DNA of 64,000 nt from an uncultured Acidobacteriota bacterium. GTDB lineage: Bacteria; Acidobacteriota; Terriglobia; Acidiferrales; UBA7541. Below are positions 32,827 through 43,037 of the stretch, in pieces; positions within the stretch are counted from its first letter, which is position 1; every line of letters starts with the position of its first letter. A program made the translations under genes and the position numbers. Where the stretch lies: NCBI GenBank assembly GCA_963736465.1, contig CAVTOS010000001.1, forward strand, positions 84,472-148,471. The letters run 5' to 3'. A model generated the notes under the pieces. That model saw only the letters and a program-made list of their open reading frames with translations. It was not told the DNA's origin and ran no database searches.

Positions 32827-33879
32827 CTACGCCGCGGCGGCGTGTACCGTCGGTACGCTCGCCGCTTTGCCGCGGATGTAGCCGTGGGCTTCGTACCAGC
32901 GGACGGCGCGCTCGAGAGCGGCTTCGACTGACGTTGGGTGGTAGCCCAATTCCCTTTCGGCTTTGTCGCTCTCGACGAACATGCGATGGCGCGACATTTT
33001 CACGCCTTCGACTGGAATTTGCGGTTCGCGTCCGCGGAGGCGCGCGAAAAATTCGTCCGCGTAGCCGGCGGCGAGCGCGACGGCATGCGGCAAGCGCACG
33101 CGGGGAGCGGGGCGCCCGACGATGGCCGCGAGCATGTCCAAGATCTGTTTTAGAGTGAGATTGCGCGAGCCGAGAATGTAACGTTCGCCAATGCGGCCTT
33201 TTTCGGCTGCGAGTAGATGACCGGCGGCGACGTCTTCGACGGCCACTACGTTCAAACCCGTATCTACGTATGCGGGCATCTTGCCGTTCAGAAAGTCAAG
33301 GATGATTTTCCCGGTGGGCGTCGGCTTCCAATCGCAAGGGCCAATCGGTGCGGTGGGATTGACGATGACCACCGGCACGCCCTCTTGTGCGGCGCGAATC
33401 GCTTCCTGCTCGGCCATGAATTTCGAGCGTTTATAATGGCCGATCATTTCGCCCAGCTCGGATTGAGTTGCCTCGTTGGGCAGGGCGCCGTGGCGCGGAA
33501 CCGCGATCGTTGCAACGGTGCTGGTGTAAACGATCCGTTCGACTCCGGCGCGCTGTGCCGCTTCGAGCAGCTTGCGCGTGCCTTCCACGTTGCTTTCGTA
33601 GATTTCTTCGGGATGAGCCGACCAGAGCCGGTAATCAGCGGCGACGTGGAAGACGCGACGGACGCCGCGCATGGCGCGTTCGATCGAAGCTGCGTCGCGC
33701 AAATCGCCTTCGGCGCGTTCGATCGGGAGGTCTGCAAGAATGTCCGCATTGCTGGTCGTTTTATCTGTCACCTTGCCGGCGACTCGGCAGAAGATACGGA
33801 CTTCGTGTCCCTGGTTAACGAGCAACCGGGCGACGTGGCTTCCCACGAACCCTGTGGCTCCGGTAACGAGCGTGGTCAT
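32827..33879 (-). CDS. hpnA: Hopanoid-associated NAD-dependent sugar epimerase/dehydratase family protein
   Basis: MTTLVTGATGFVGSHV Rossmann motif and SDR YxxxK (YKRSK). ATGA overlap with hpnH. Confidence 0.75.
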   Translation of the reverse strand: MTTLVTGATGFVGSHVARLLVNQGHEVRIFCRVAGKVTDKTTSNADILADLPIERAEGDLRDAASIERAMRGVRRVFHVAADYRLWSAHPEEIYESNVEGTRKLLEAAQRAGVERIVYTSTVATIAVPRHGALPNEATQSELGEMIGHYKRSKFMAEQEAIRAAQEGVPVVIVNPTAPIGPCDWKPTPTGKIILDFLNGKMPAYVDTGLNVVAVEDVAAGHLLAAEKGRIGERYILGSRNLTLKQILDMLAAIVGRPAPRVRLPHAVALAAGYADEFFARLRGREPQIPVEGVKMSRHRMFVESDKAERELGYHPTSVEAALERAVRWYEAHGYIRGKAASVPTVHAAAA

Positions 33880-35048
33880 AAAATGCGGAAAACTTCGTCT
33901 CCCTGCTGTGCAGGCGCCACGGGAATCACGCGCTTCGGAACGTTTCCGTTGCCGGAGCCGTTACCGTGGCCATTCGAATGGCCATTGCCATGGCCGTTAG
34001 CTTTTTTCTCGCGTTCGGTGGGTTCACCGAGAAGGCCGCCCATTTTGCCGGAGACGGTCCAGCTGAGCATCTTCCAGGTGTCACCGAGCTTCTTGTTGCC
34101 GCCGAGTACTGCGGACGCCTCGTATCCCGCGTGAACCATGCAATCTTCGCAGCGGGGATCGCGGCCGCGGCCGTATTTCTCCCAGGGCGTCTGTTCGATG
34201 AAGTCTTTGAAATTGTCGTGATGCGCGTCCGTCATCAGGTAGCAAGGGCCTTTCCAGCCGCGCGGGTTGTACGTGGGGTTGCCCCAGGCCGTGCACATCA
34301 ACTCGCGCTCGCCTCGGAGATATTCCATGTAGATGGGCGACGTGACGATGTTGTAGCGCTCGAGCAGCTTGTAGGCCTGGCGGAATTTGTCGCGGATTTC
34401 ATCGCGAGACATGAAAATTTCCTTGGTCATCACCGCAGCGTAGGAATAGGCCGGCGAAAGCATGTGGCCATCGACGCCAAGCGTTTGCAAATACGCGAAA
34501 AGATCGGCGATCTCTTCGATGTCTGTCTCTTTGTAAATTGTGGTGTTGGAAGTGACGAGAAATCCGGCAGCTTTGGCTGCCTTGATGCCTTCGATTGCTT
34601 CGCGGAATACGCCATCGCGCTCGACGCAGATATCGTGAGTCTTTTCGAGGCCGTCGAGGTGAACGTTGAAGAACAGGCGCGACGTTGGCGTGAAGTCGCT
34701 GAGGTGCTTGCGAATGAACATACCGTTGGTGCAAAGGTAGATGTGCTTTTTGCGGGCAAGAATTTCGTTGGTCAGGCGGCCAATTTCGGGGTAAATCATC
34801 GGCTCGCCGCCGCAGATAGAAACGATCGGAGCGCCGCAATCGTCAACAGCCTTCAGGCACTGCTCGACCGTGAGCATCTCGTTGATTGTGGACTTGTATT
34901 CGCGAATGCGGCCGCAGCCAGTGCAAGTAAGATTGCAGGCGTGGAGCGGCTCGAGCATCATCACCAGCGGAAACTTCTGCGCCCCAGTGATGCTCTTGCG
35001 AGCGAGATAACCCGTCATGCTCGCAGTGAGGCTGAAAGGAACTCTCAT
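33876..35048 (-). CDS. hpnH: Adenosylhopane synthase (radical SAM)
   Basis: LEPLHACNLTCTGCGRIREY CxxxCxxC motif and overall HpnH-like sequence. ATGA overlap with shc. It has an unusual NGH/GNG repeat tail. Confidence 0.85.
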   Translation of the reverse strand: MRVPFSLTASMTGYLARKSITGAQKFPLVMMLEPLHACNLTCTGCGRIREYKSTINEMLTVEQCLKAVDDCGAPIVSICGGEPMIYPEIGRLTNEILARKKHIYLCTNGMFIRKHLSDFTPTSRLFFNVHLDGLEKTHDICVERDGVFREAIEGIKAAKAAGFLVTSNTTIYKETDIEEIADLFAYLQTLGVDGHMLSPAYSYAAVMTKEIFMSRDEIRDKFRQAYKLLERYNIVTSPIYMEYLRGERELMCTAWGNPTYNPRGWKGPCYLMTDAHHDNFKDFIEQTPWEKYGRGRDPRCEDCMVHAGYEASAVLGGNKKLGDTWKMLSWTVSGKMGGLLGEPTEREKKANGHGNGHSNGHGNGSGNGNVPKRVIPVAPAQQGDEVFRIL

Positions 35049-37087
35049 CCATTACCCCCGTCTTTAATTAGATGCTTTATTTCCTCGGCGGGAATCTGCA
35101 AAGCGAAAGATTTGCGCCGGCCTTTGCGCATGTTGTCGAAGCGCGCGAGCGCGTAGAGCGGAAACGAATTTCGGTAGAGGTGATATTTCAAATAGAAGAC
35201 GCACGGAAAACCAGTGCCGGTGAATTCCACTTCATCCCAAGAGCCGTCTTCATTTTGATTCTCGGTGAGCCACGCGGCAGCGCGTTCGGAAGCCGGATTG
35301 TTGGGGCCAACCGTTGCAAGCAGGCCGATCAGAGCCCACGCTGTTTGCGATGCGGTGCTCTTGCCTTTGCCTTTCAGCGCTGGATCGTAATAGGAAAGAA
35401 TGGATTCGCCGAAGCCGCCGTCGGGATTCTGCACCGAGCGAAACCAATTCGCGGCGCGTTGACAATCCGGATCGGACGACAGCCCGACCGTTTCAAGGGC
35501 GCGCAAGACGCCGCTCGTTCCGTAGAGATAGTTCACGCCCCAGCGGCCATACCAAGAGCCGTCTGGTGTTTGATCGTGCTTGATGAAATCACGCGCGCGA
35601 TCCACGACAGGATGATTCGCGGACCAACCAAACTGCCCGAGACATTCGAGGACGCGCGCCGTAACGTCGGCAGTGGAAGGATCGAGCATCGCGTTGTGGT
35701 CGGCAAACGGAATGTGATTCAGGAACTGGAGATTGTTCTCGTGGTCGAATGCGCCCCAGCCGCCGTCGCTATTCTGCATGCTGACGAGCCAGGCAAGACC
35801 GCGGCGGATCGCGCCGCGCAGCGGAGCTGAATCGGGATCGGCGACGCGACCAAGCGCCATCAGGACGAACGCGGTGTCGTCCACATCGGGATAGAAATCA
35901 TTTTGAAACTCGAATGCCCAGCCGCCCGGCGCAGCCCTTTTATTTTTAACCTGCCAATCGCCAGGGCCGAGAATCTGATTCTTGAGCACCCAACGCTCCG
36001 CAGCAACCAACGCGGGATGTGACGGATCGAGCCCCGCTTCTTCAAGCGAAACCATCGCGATGGCCGTATCCCAGACCGGCGAAATGCAGGGCTGAACGCG
36101 AATCGTGCGGCCTCTCTCGTCTTCGACTTCGTAGCGCTCGAGAAACTTGATTTCGCGGTGAAGCAGCGGATCGTCCACATCGCGCGATTCTGCGAGCAGC
36201 GCGAAAATCGAATTCATCATGGCTGGGTAGATGGTTCCCAGGCCTTCGCTGCGTTCAAGGCGGTCCATCATCCATTTTCGCGCGCGAGCCAGGCACAACT
36301 TTCGAAAAGGCTTCCACGAAGAACGCTCGTAGAGCTTCAAGCCTCGTTCGAGCGCGAGAAAGGCATTGCGCCAGGTAAAGACGCTCTTATCCCAGGCAAA
36401 CGACGCCGGTCTCTGCCCCGGAACTTTGAATAGATCGGTGACTGTGACGTCCGCCGGCAGCGGCCATTTCGGCTTGTTGGCGTAAACGATCGCGAGAGGA
36501 ACGACGATTCCGCGCGTCCACGATGACATTTCGTAGAGATTCAGCGGGAACCAATCCGGCAAAAGCATCATCTCCGGAGGAATCGAGGGGACCATGTCCC
36601 AGCTAATGGCGCCGACCATCGCGAGATAGAACCGAACGTAGGAATTCGTGGCTTCGAGGCCGCCAAGGTCCAGTACTTTTTGCTTCGCGCGCTGCATGTG
36701 CGGCGCATTTGCGGGATCGCCAGCCAGACGAAGCGCGACATAAGCCTTCACCGTGGCATTCAGCTCGGAAGGGCCACCGTAGAAGATGTACCAGCCGCCG
36801 TCTTCAAGTTGCCGTTCGCGGATATAGCGCGCCAGCTTGGCGGTTTTCTCGGATTTAAGCTGACCCAGGATATGCAGGTAGAGAATATAATCGGATTCGA
36901 GCGTAGTATCCGCTTCGAGCTCGCCCCACCAGTAGCCTTCCTGAGCCTGCGCGGATAACATCCAGTCGCGGCTGCGGGAAATGGCCTGTTCGACGAGAGA
37001 TTCGAGGTTGCGGGTTTGAACAACCGCTGTGGCCTGGCTCGCTCCGCTGTGGGAAGTCTCTATACGCAGTCTTGCTTCCGGTGTCAT
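35045..37087 (-). CDS. shc: Squalene-hopene cyclase
   Basis: DVDDTAFV catalytic motif and multiple QW repeats (e.g. QNPDGGFGE, QNSDGGWGAF, QLEDGGWY). ATG 37087 has a GAGGGA RBS; the ORF-track start at 37243 is probably too long. Confidence 0.9.
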   Translation of the reverse strand: MTPEARLRIETSHSGASQATAVVQTRNLESLVEQAISRSRDWMLSAQAQEGYWWGELEADTTLESDYILYLHILGQLKSEKTAKLARYIRERQLEDGGWYIFYGGPSELNATVKAYVALRLAGDPANAPHMQRAKQKVLDLGGLEATNSYVRFYLAMVGAISWDMVPSIPPEMMLLPDWFPLNLYEMSSWTRGIVVPLAIVYANKPKWPLPADVTVTDLFKVPGQRPASFAWDKSVFTWRNAFLALERGLKLYERSSWKPFRKLCLARARKWMMDRLERSEGLGTIYPAMMNSIFALLAESRDVDDPLLHREIKFLERYEVEDERGRTIRVQPCISPVWDTAIAMVSLEEAGLDPSHPALVAAERWVLKNQILGPGDWQVKNKRAAPGGWAFEFQNDFYPDVDDTAFVLMALGRVADPDSAPLRGAIRRGLAWLVSMQNSDGGWGAFDHENNLQFLNHIPFADHNAMLDPSTADVTARVLECLGQFGWSANHPVVDRARDFIKHDQTPDGSWYGRWGVNYLYGTSGVLRALETVGLSSDPDCQRAANWFRSVQNPDGGFGESILSYYDPALKGKGKSTASQTAWALIGLLATVGPNNPASERAAAWLTENQNEDGSWDEVEFTGTGFPCVFYLKYHLYRNSFPLYALARFDNMRKGRRKSFALQIPAEEIKHLIKDGGNG

Positions 37088-37438
37088 CAATCCCTCAGAT
37101 ATATTTTCGGTCCTTATCGGCCCATTTGGAAATTGCAGCTGCAGCCAGGCACCGCCGCTTTCACCTAAAATGGACGGCCAAGCCCCTTTGTCGCACTGCT
37201 TACTTCGCTGCCCTGCGGAGGGCATCAGAACCGGGCGTCCCATTGCTTGCCCGTCCTGACCGCCGCGTCCGCTTACCCGGCTTCCCCACTAGCCAGTCTA
37301 TGGGACGTTTTGTGAGCTGAAAAACGCTCGGTAAAAACCCTTTGGCCTCACTACACAGCATCAACTGTTCCGTAACACTAACATTATGTTCGGCTTTGGC
37401 TCGCCGGTCAACTGAATTTCCATGTCGCGTGTCCAAAC

Positions 37439-38083
37439 TTATGATGCTGGCAGCCGGGAAATGATGCCTGACAAAAATTGCCCCAATTCGGGCGGCAGGG
37501 GCGATCCGATTGGTTGAAGAAATCGCGGTTTGGCCATGGCTGCGAGAGATTGAAATCGTGCGTCTGAGTCATCAAACGGCGAACGGAACACGAAGGCGTC
37601 GGCTCGCAGGAGATTTTCGCGAGCAGAAACCTTGAAATCCGGATTCGCGGGATCCAGCACCATAAGGAACAGCGAAGGCTTCCAGAATCTCATTAAGGCG
37701 TCGCTTTCGATTGAGGCGTGGCCAGCGTTTGCCAACTCGGCCGCCAGTGATGGAAGCGCATTTTGCAGGCGATGCTCTTTCGTTTCGATCCATAGGGCCC
37801 GGTGGGCTCCGGCAGCCAGGAAGCGAGAGCTGTCCGAGTTACCGCTGCGGCTGGTTTCCTCGCGAATTGCGTAGGAGTGCTCTTCCGGCGGGCAATTGCA
37901 CGCGGGACCTCTCACCGGGCAGCCCGATTCGGCGTAAGGAGTGATCTTGACGGCTGTCCAATGCCGATTCGGGAAAGCTTGGATGATGTCGGCGACTAAC
38001 GCGGTCTTCCCGACTTTACGGCATTGGCCTCCTACGGCCAACAGGAAGCCGCGACATGGGGGTGGGGTGCGACTCGCGGTCAT
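37439..38083 (-). CDS. Hypothetical protein with a degenerate P-loop (MobB-like?)
   Basis: VGGQCRKVGKTALVADII resembles a Walker A segment but lacks the canonical first Gly spacing. It sits between lpxD and shc. Confidence 0.4.
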   Translation of the reverse strand: MTASRTPPPCRGFLLAVGGQCRKVGKTALVADIIQAFPNRHWTAVKITPYAESGCPVRGPACNCPPEEHSYAIREETSRSGNSDSSRFLAAGAHRALWIETKEHRLQNALPSLAAELANAGHASIESDALMRFWKPSLFLMVLDPANPDFKVSARENLLRADAFVFRSPFDDSDARFQSLAAMAKPRFLQPIGSPLPPELGQFLSGIISRLPAS

Positions 38084-38128
38084 TATCGTGATCTTGTCGA
38101 TCTGGTTTTGCTGATCATCGTTTCGCGA

Positions 38129-39172
38129 TCATCGATCCGTCTTGGAGAATATCTGTTTCGCTGGCGGCGCTGTTTCCAATTTGCGGATGCGCTCGGCCAA
38201 CTCCGGCAGGCGGGCGAACCAGGCGTACTGTTCCTTAAACTTCTCGAGCGGGCGAGCTGGAGTGCCCCAGACGGTTTGACCCCTGCGGATTGTCTTGCCC
38301 GTCGGAATCCCGGCTTGGGCGCCGGCGATCGCGCCATCTTCGAGTTTGCAGTGATCGGCGATGCCGACTTGTCCGCCGATTATGGCGCGCTTCCCTATCG
38401 AGGTGCTGCCAGAAATTCCCGTTTGCGCCGCGATGACCGTGTGCTCGCCGATGTGGACGTTGTGCGCCACTTGCACGAGATTATCTATTTTTACTCCGGC
38501 GGCGATTTGAGTGGTTTCGAGAGAGCCGCGATCAATGGTGGTGTTCGCGCCGATTTCCACGTCGTCGGCGATTTCGATTCGGCCGACTTGCGGGAATTTC
38601 CAGTAGCGGCCTTCGCCGAAGACGTAGCCGAAGCCGTCACTGCCGATGACGGCGCCGGAATGGACTTCCACGCGATCGCCGAGGCGCGCGCCGGCGTAGA
38701 GCGTGACGCGCGGATGCAAAATGCAATTCGCGCCGATGCGCGAGGCGCGGCCTATGAATGCGTGCGCGCCTATTGCGGTGCCCGCGCGGATCTCGACTTG
38801 TTCTTCGATCACGGCGTATGGACCGATGGAAACATTTTCGGCGATCTTGGCCGTCGGAGACACGATCGCGGTCGAATGAATGCCGGATTTTGGCGTAACG
38901 CGCGGTAAGAGCCATGTTGCTGCTTTCGCGAAGGCGAATTTCGGATCGGCGACTTCGAGGATTGTCTTGCCAGCTGCGCGAGCGTTCGGAGGAGCCAGCA
39001 CGCATTTCGCAGCTGATTTCTCGACGCGTGCAGCAAATTTGGGCGCGTCGAGGTAGATAAGGTCGGTGGCTGTTGCGCTTTCAGGCGCGGCGACGCCTGT
39101 GAGCGCGAGGCTTCCGTCACCTTGCAATTTCGCGCCAAGATATTTCGCGAGTTCAGCGGCTGTGTGATTCAT
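38129..39172 (-). CDS. lpxD: UDP-3-O-acylglucosamine N-acyltransferase
   Basis: N-terminal LpxD domain ([13 protein letters not shown]...) followed by long hexapeptide (LbH) repeats. I chose ATG 39172 so the gene does not overlap its upstream neighbour. Confidence 0.85.
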   Translation of the reverse strand: MNHTAAELAKYLGAKLQGDGSLALTGVAAPESATATDLIYLDAPKFAARVEKSAAKCVLAPPNARAAGKTILEVADPKFAFAKAATWLLPRVTPKSGIHSTAIVSPTAKIAENVSIGPYAVIEEQVEIRAGTAIGAHAFIGRASRIGANCILHPRVTLYAGARLGDRVEVHSGAVIGSDGFGYVFGEGRYWKFPQVGRIEIADDVEIGANTTIDRGSLETTQIAAGVKIDNLVQVAHNVHIGEHTVIAAQTGISGSTSIGKRAIIGGQVGIADHCKLEDGAIAGAQAGIPTGKTIRRGQTVWGTPARPLEKFKEQYAWFARLPELAERIRKLETAPPAKQIFSKTDR

Positions 39173-39243
39173 GTGAACCTCTTTCGATGTCCTGATTTGC
39201 GAAGAATTGTCGCACGCCGATCGTTTCAATAAGGTTCGCGAAG

Positions 39244-40149
39244 CTAAAACGGATATATCGCCGGCTCTCCCGGCGGACGCGTCTTCCAGCGCTTGTGAAC
39301 CCAGAGCCACTGATCCGGATGCTCGCGCACCCAGGCTTCAAGCACGGCCATGAAGCGAGCGGTGTTCTCGCGGACGTCGGCATTTTCATCGCCGGTGCGC
39401 ACAAGCTCGAGAGCGCGCGCGAACTGCAGGCGATATTTCTTTTCGCCTGCGTCCCACGCCAAAAAACCGGGAATCACGGCGGCGTCCGTGCGCACAGCGA
39501 TTCTCGCGATTCCTGACGTGGTGCATGCCGGCCGGCCGAAGAAATCCACGAAAACGCCTTCATCGAGCGACGTGTTCGTGTCGGCCAGAATGCCCACCGT
39601 GCCGCCTTCGCCGAGCACTTTCAGAATAGCGCGCGCGGAGCGATTTTTTTCGATCGGCTGATTGCCTGAAAGGCAGCGATAGCGATTGATGAGCGCGTCC
39701 ACGCGAGAATTGGCGACGGGCCGCACGAGGAAATGCAGCGGGTGGCCGTAGAGCGCGTGTGCGAAGGGCGCGAGCTCCCAGGCGCTCATGTGGCCGGTGA
39801 GAAAGAGGACGCCTTTGCCGCGGCGCTGGGCGCATTCGAAATTTTTGGCGCCGTCGATGGTCACGATCTGTGAAATATTCGCGGCCGTGTATTTCGGAAA
39901 TTGCGAGAACTCCCCGGCCATCCAGCCGATCTGGCAAATCATTCCGCGGATGATCCGTTCGCGCTCTGCTTCACTCATCTCCGGAAATGCGAGCTGAAGA
40001 TTGAACATTGCCGCGCGCCTCAGCGGGGTGCGCACTTGGTATGCGAGCTCGGCAAACGCGGCGCCCACTTGCCGCGCAGCGCTGCGTGGCAGGAGGCCAA
40101 GCGCTTTGAGTCCAATCCACGCGGCCGCGTATTCGAGCCATTCTCGCAT
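39244..40149 (-). CDS. Lipid A biosynthesis lauroyl/late acyltransferase family protein (LpxL/HtrB-like)
   Basis: Size, N-terminal anchor and a GHMSAWE (HX4E-type) motif are characteristic of the lysophospholipid/lipid A acyltransferase family. Confidence 0.7.
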   Translation of the reverse strand: MREWLEYAAAWIGLKALGLLPRSAARQVGAAFAELAYQVRTPLRRAAMFNLQLAFPEMSEAERERIIRGMICQIGWMAGEFSQFPKYTAANISQIVTIDGAKNFECAQRRGKGVLFLTGHMSAWELAPFAHALYGHPLHFLVRPVANSRVDALINRYRCLSGNQPIEKNRSARAILKVLGEGGTVGILADTNTSLDEGVFVDFFGRPACTTSGIARIAVRTDAAVIPGFLAWDAGEKKYRLQFARALELVRTGDENADVRENTARFMAVLEAWVREHPDQWLWVHKRWKTRPPGEPAIYPF

Positions 40150-40264
40150 CGCGCGTCATTATGCAAGAGGCTCTAGAGCCGATGCCAGCGATGTGTGATG
40201 AAAGAGTGTTTGCCCGGATGTTAGACTCGGCGGGCCTACGAGAACGAAGCACGATGAACATACA

Positions 40265-41938
40265 ATGAGCGAACACCCGCTATCCCGGCAGCGCGCCAAT
40301 TTCGTTGCCTATGCCAGCGCTGGATTGATCGTGGTCGTGTGCCTGTTCAGCCATTTGGGCGCGATTGGATTGGTGGGGCCGGACGAGCCGCGCTATGCGT
40401 GGATTGCGCGGACGATGGCGACGAGCGGTGATTGGGTGACGCCGCGTCTTTACGGTCAGCCGTGGTTTGAGAAGCCGGTCCTCTATTACTGGGCGGCTGC
40501 GCTGGGATTCCTGGCTCACTTGCCGTCCGAATGGGCGGCGCGACTGCCGTCCGCTTTTGCGGCGCTTGTGGCAGCCGTTGCGATCGGGTGGCTTGGTTGG
40601 AAATTCTACGGGAAGGAGTATGGGCCGTTCGCGTCGCTTTTCTTAGTTGCGCCGCTTATTTTTTCGACGAGCGTTGCCGCGATTGGTTTCGCTCGCGCGG
40701 CAGGGCCGGACATGTTGTTCAGCGCGTCGCTTACCGTCGGCATGGCAAGCGGCGCGATTGTGCTATCTCGACGCGGTGCTTTGCGTTCCGAAAATGGCAA
40801 CCAGGCATGCACTGGCCCTCCTGATCATTTTGCGCTGGTCGTCTTCGGCGGGTCGCTCGGGCTTGCAGTTCTCGCAAAAGGCCCGGCGGGAGTTGTACTC
40901 GCCGCAGGCGCGATCGGAATCTGGGCGCTCGCCACCTCACGATGGCGCGATGCTCTGCGGCTGACTTACCCGCTTGCCATCGCGGTCTTCTGCCTCGTCG
41001 CTCTCCCGTGGTACGTGCTTTGCGCGTTGCGGAATCCAGATTTTCTTCACATTTTCATTTTTCAGCATAATTTCGAACGCTACCTCACTCCCATGTTTCA
41101 GCATCGCCAGCCGTTTTGGTACTTCGTTCCGATTCTTCTGCTCGGGCTGCTTCCCTGGGCGGCCTGCCTTTGGCCGGCCTTCGAAGAGGGACTGCAACTC
41201 TGGCGGCAAAAATCCTGGAGCAGGTCGCCGGGATTCTTCTTCGCAGGCTGGGCTATTTCCCCTTTCCTGTTTTTTAGTTTTTCACAATCAAAACTGCCCG
41301 GATACATCCTTCCCGCGATTCCACCGCTCTGCCTCCTGATTGCGGTTGGATTGCAACGCCGGGTCTTGGCACTGAAACCCCAGGCCTCGTTCGTCGCATC
41401 TGCATGGTGTGTCCTAGCGGTCGGGATCACATGGATTGTGATGGCGCTCTCGGCGGTTCACTGGATAGATCATCTCCCTACTGCAGCACGCGATATTTCT
41501 GGAAAAATGATTCTGCACATCTCAATCATCGCGGCCGCGGGCGGGATCGTGATCATCGTGTTCGCTCTTCTTCGCAACCGTGGCGACCTGCTGCTTTCAT
41601 TTTTTATGGCTGCGCTTTGTGTTGAACTAGCCGGCGCACGTGTCCTGCCCGGGCTCGATCCGTTTATCTCGGCAAGATTTCACGGCGATCTGCTTCGCAA
41701 TCACCGCTACCCGGATCGCGTCTTCACATTTCATCTCGCGCGTTCCTGGCAGTATGGGCTGAACTTCTACTTGGGGCACGAAGTCACAGAATGGTCGCCG
41801 GATGATGCGGATGCGGCGCTCGTGCTAACCACACCCCAAGGCCTCGACGAGATCAGAAAAACGGGACGGGTGCAGGGAGCGCTGGACGAACCTTACGAAG
41901 GAATTTTGTACGTTCCAGTGCTGCCCGCCCCACGCTAA
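40265..41938 (+). CDS. GT39/GT83-type (ArnT/PMT-like) membrane glycosyltransferase
   Basis: GPDEPRYAWIARTMATSGDWVTP and FEKPVLYYW motifs. It has more than 10 TM segments. Confidence 0.75.
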   Translation: MSEHPLSRQRANFVAYASAGLIVVVCLFSHLGAIGLVGPDEPRYAWIARTMATSGDWVTPRLYGQPWFEKPVLYYWAAALGFLAHLPSEWAARLPSAFAALVAAVAIGWLGWKFYGKEYGPFASLFLVAPLIFSTSVAAIGFARAAGPDMLFSASLTVGMASGAIVLSRRGALRSENGNQACTGPPDHFALVVFGGSLGLAVLAKGPAGVVLAAGAIGIWALATSRWRDALRLTYPLAIAVFCLVALPWYVLCALRNPDFLHIFIFQHNFERYLTPMFQHRQPFWYFVPILLLGLLPWAACLWPAFEEGLQLWRQKSWSRSPGFFFAGWAISPFLFFSFSQSKLPGYILPAIPPLCLLIAVGLQRRVLALKPQASFVASAWCVLAVGITWIVMALSAVHWIDHLPTAARDISGKMILHISIIAAAGGIVIIVFALLRNRGDLLLSFFMAALCVELAGARVLPGLDPFISARFHGDLLRNHRYPDRVFTFHLARSWQYGLNFYLGHEVTEWSPDDADAALVLTTPQGLDEIRKTGRVQGALDEPYEGILYVPVLPAPR

Positions 41939-42873
41939 GGATTCGTTCGCGAAACCGGCGGCAAATTCTGCAGGAAGAAATTCACAATTTGATTTTCGTA
42001 CGTGTGGCGGTCGTCGTCGGTCATCTCGGAATAGCTCAGTCGGTCGCGCACGAGTTGTTTCGGCTCCGGCGCTCGCGTGAAGATCTGCAGAGTCTCTTGA
42101 GCAAGCTGCGGACGATCGTCGGATTGAATGAACAGCTTAGGAATGCCCTGGGTTTTGGCCAGATGCAGCGAAACCGCCTGCTGCGAACGATAGCGATAAT
42201 TTATCAATCGGAATCCCCAGTCGGAAAAGCGGCTCACGTAGGGAATCACAGCGAGACCGGAACGCTTCACCTCAATTTGCACCATGTCGCGCGGGTCATC
42301 CCAGGGGTCGTCAACGACGAACGCGGCAACTCGAGGATCGGAGGCGGCCACTTCGAGCGCGACAAAGCCGCCCAAGTTTACGCCCCACAAGCCGAATTTC
42401 TTCGGATCTACGTCGTCGCGCGTGGAAAGCGCCTGAACCGCCGCTTCCAGCTCTGCGGTTTCGCGATAGCCAAGCGTCGTAATACCCGGAGTCGAACCGT
42501 GCCCCAGAAAATCGAACACAAAAACGTTGAACTGATGATCCTGCAGCGCCGATACCAGCGTGAGCACGTCGGTGCGCTGCGACAAATACCCATGGCAGAC
42601 GACAATCGTGGGCGCACCGCGCAACCCCGGGAAGAACCATCCCTCCCGCTCCGGCTGGCCAGTGATGGGGAAAGAAAACGGGACGGGATGCCCCATCATC
42701 ACATTCAGGTCGTCGGACGAGGCGGCGGAATGGGTGGGCTTAAGGATTTGGTAGAGAAGAAATCCGGACACGGTGGCGATCGATACAAAACCAAAGAGGA
42801 TTATCGCCAGCAGCGCAGAAACGACTTTGGCGGGGCGCGTTGTGGGATAGCGTAGCTCTGAGAGGACGGCCAT
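41935..42873 (-). CDS. Membrane-anchored alpha/beta hydrolase
   Basis: N-terminal TM and a GxxxG nucleophile-elbow-like WGVNLGG. The BAAT/DLH-like layout is recalled from memory. Confidence 0.6.
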   Translation of the reverse strand: MAVLSELRYPTTRPAKVVSALLAIILFGFVSIATVSGFLLYQILKPTHSAASSDDLNVMMGHPVPFSFPITGQPEREGWFFPGLRGAPTIVVCHGYLSQRTDVLTLVSALQDHQFNVFVFDFLGHGSTPGITTLGYRETAELEAAVQALSTRDDVDPKKFGLWGVNLGGFVALEVAASDPRVAAFVVDDPWDDPRDMVQIEVKRSGLAVIPYVSRFSDWGFRLINYRYRSQQAVSLHLAKTQGIPKLFIQSDDRPQLAQETLQIFTRAPEPKQLVRDRLSYSEMTDDDRHTYENQIVNFFLQNLPPVSRTNP

Positions 42874-43037
42874 CCGTTGAGCGCGAGCGCGCGATTTCGC
42901 GCCTCGACAAACGGAATGTTAGCACAATTCTCTGACTATCCCTGTTCGACACTTGTTCGCGTTTCTATCCGGGACACGCGTTTGGGTTCTTTCACTCGCC
43001 ACGGCTATAATGACTTACGGGAGCGGCTCCGGCCTAC

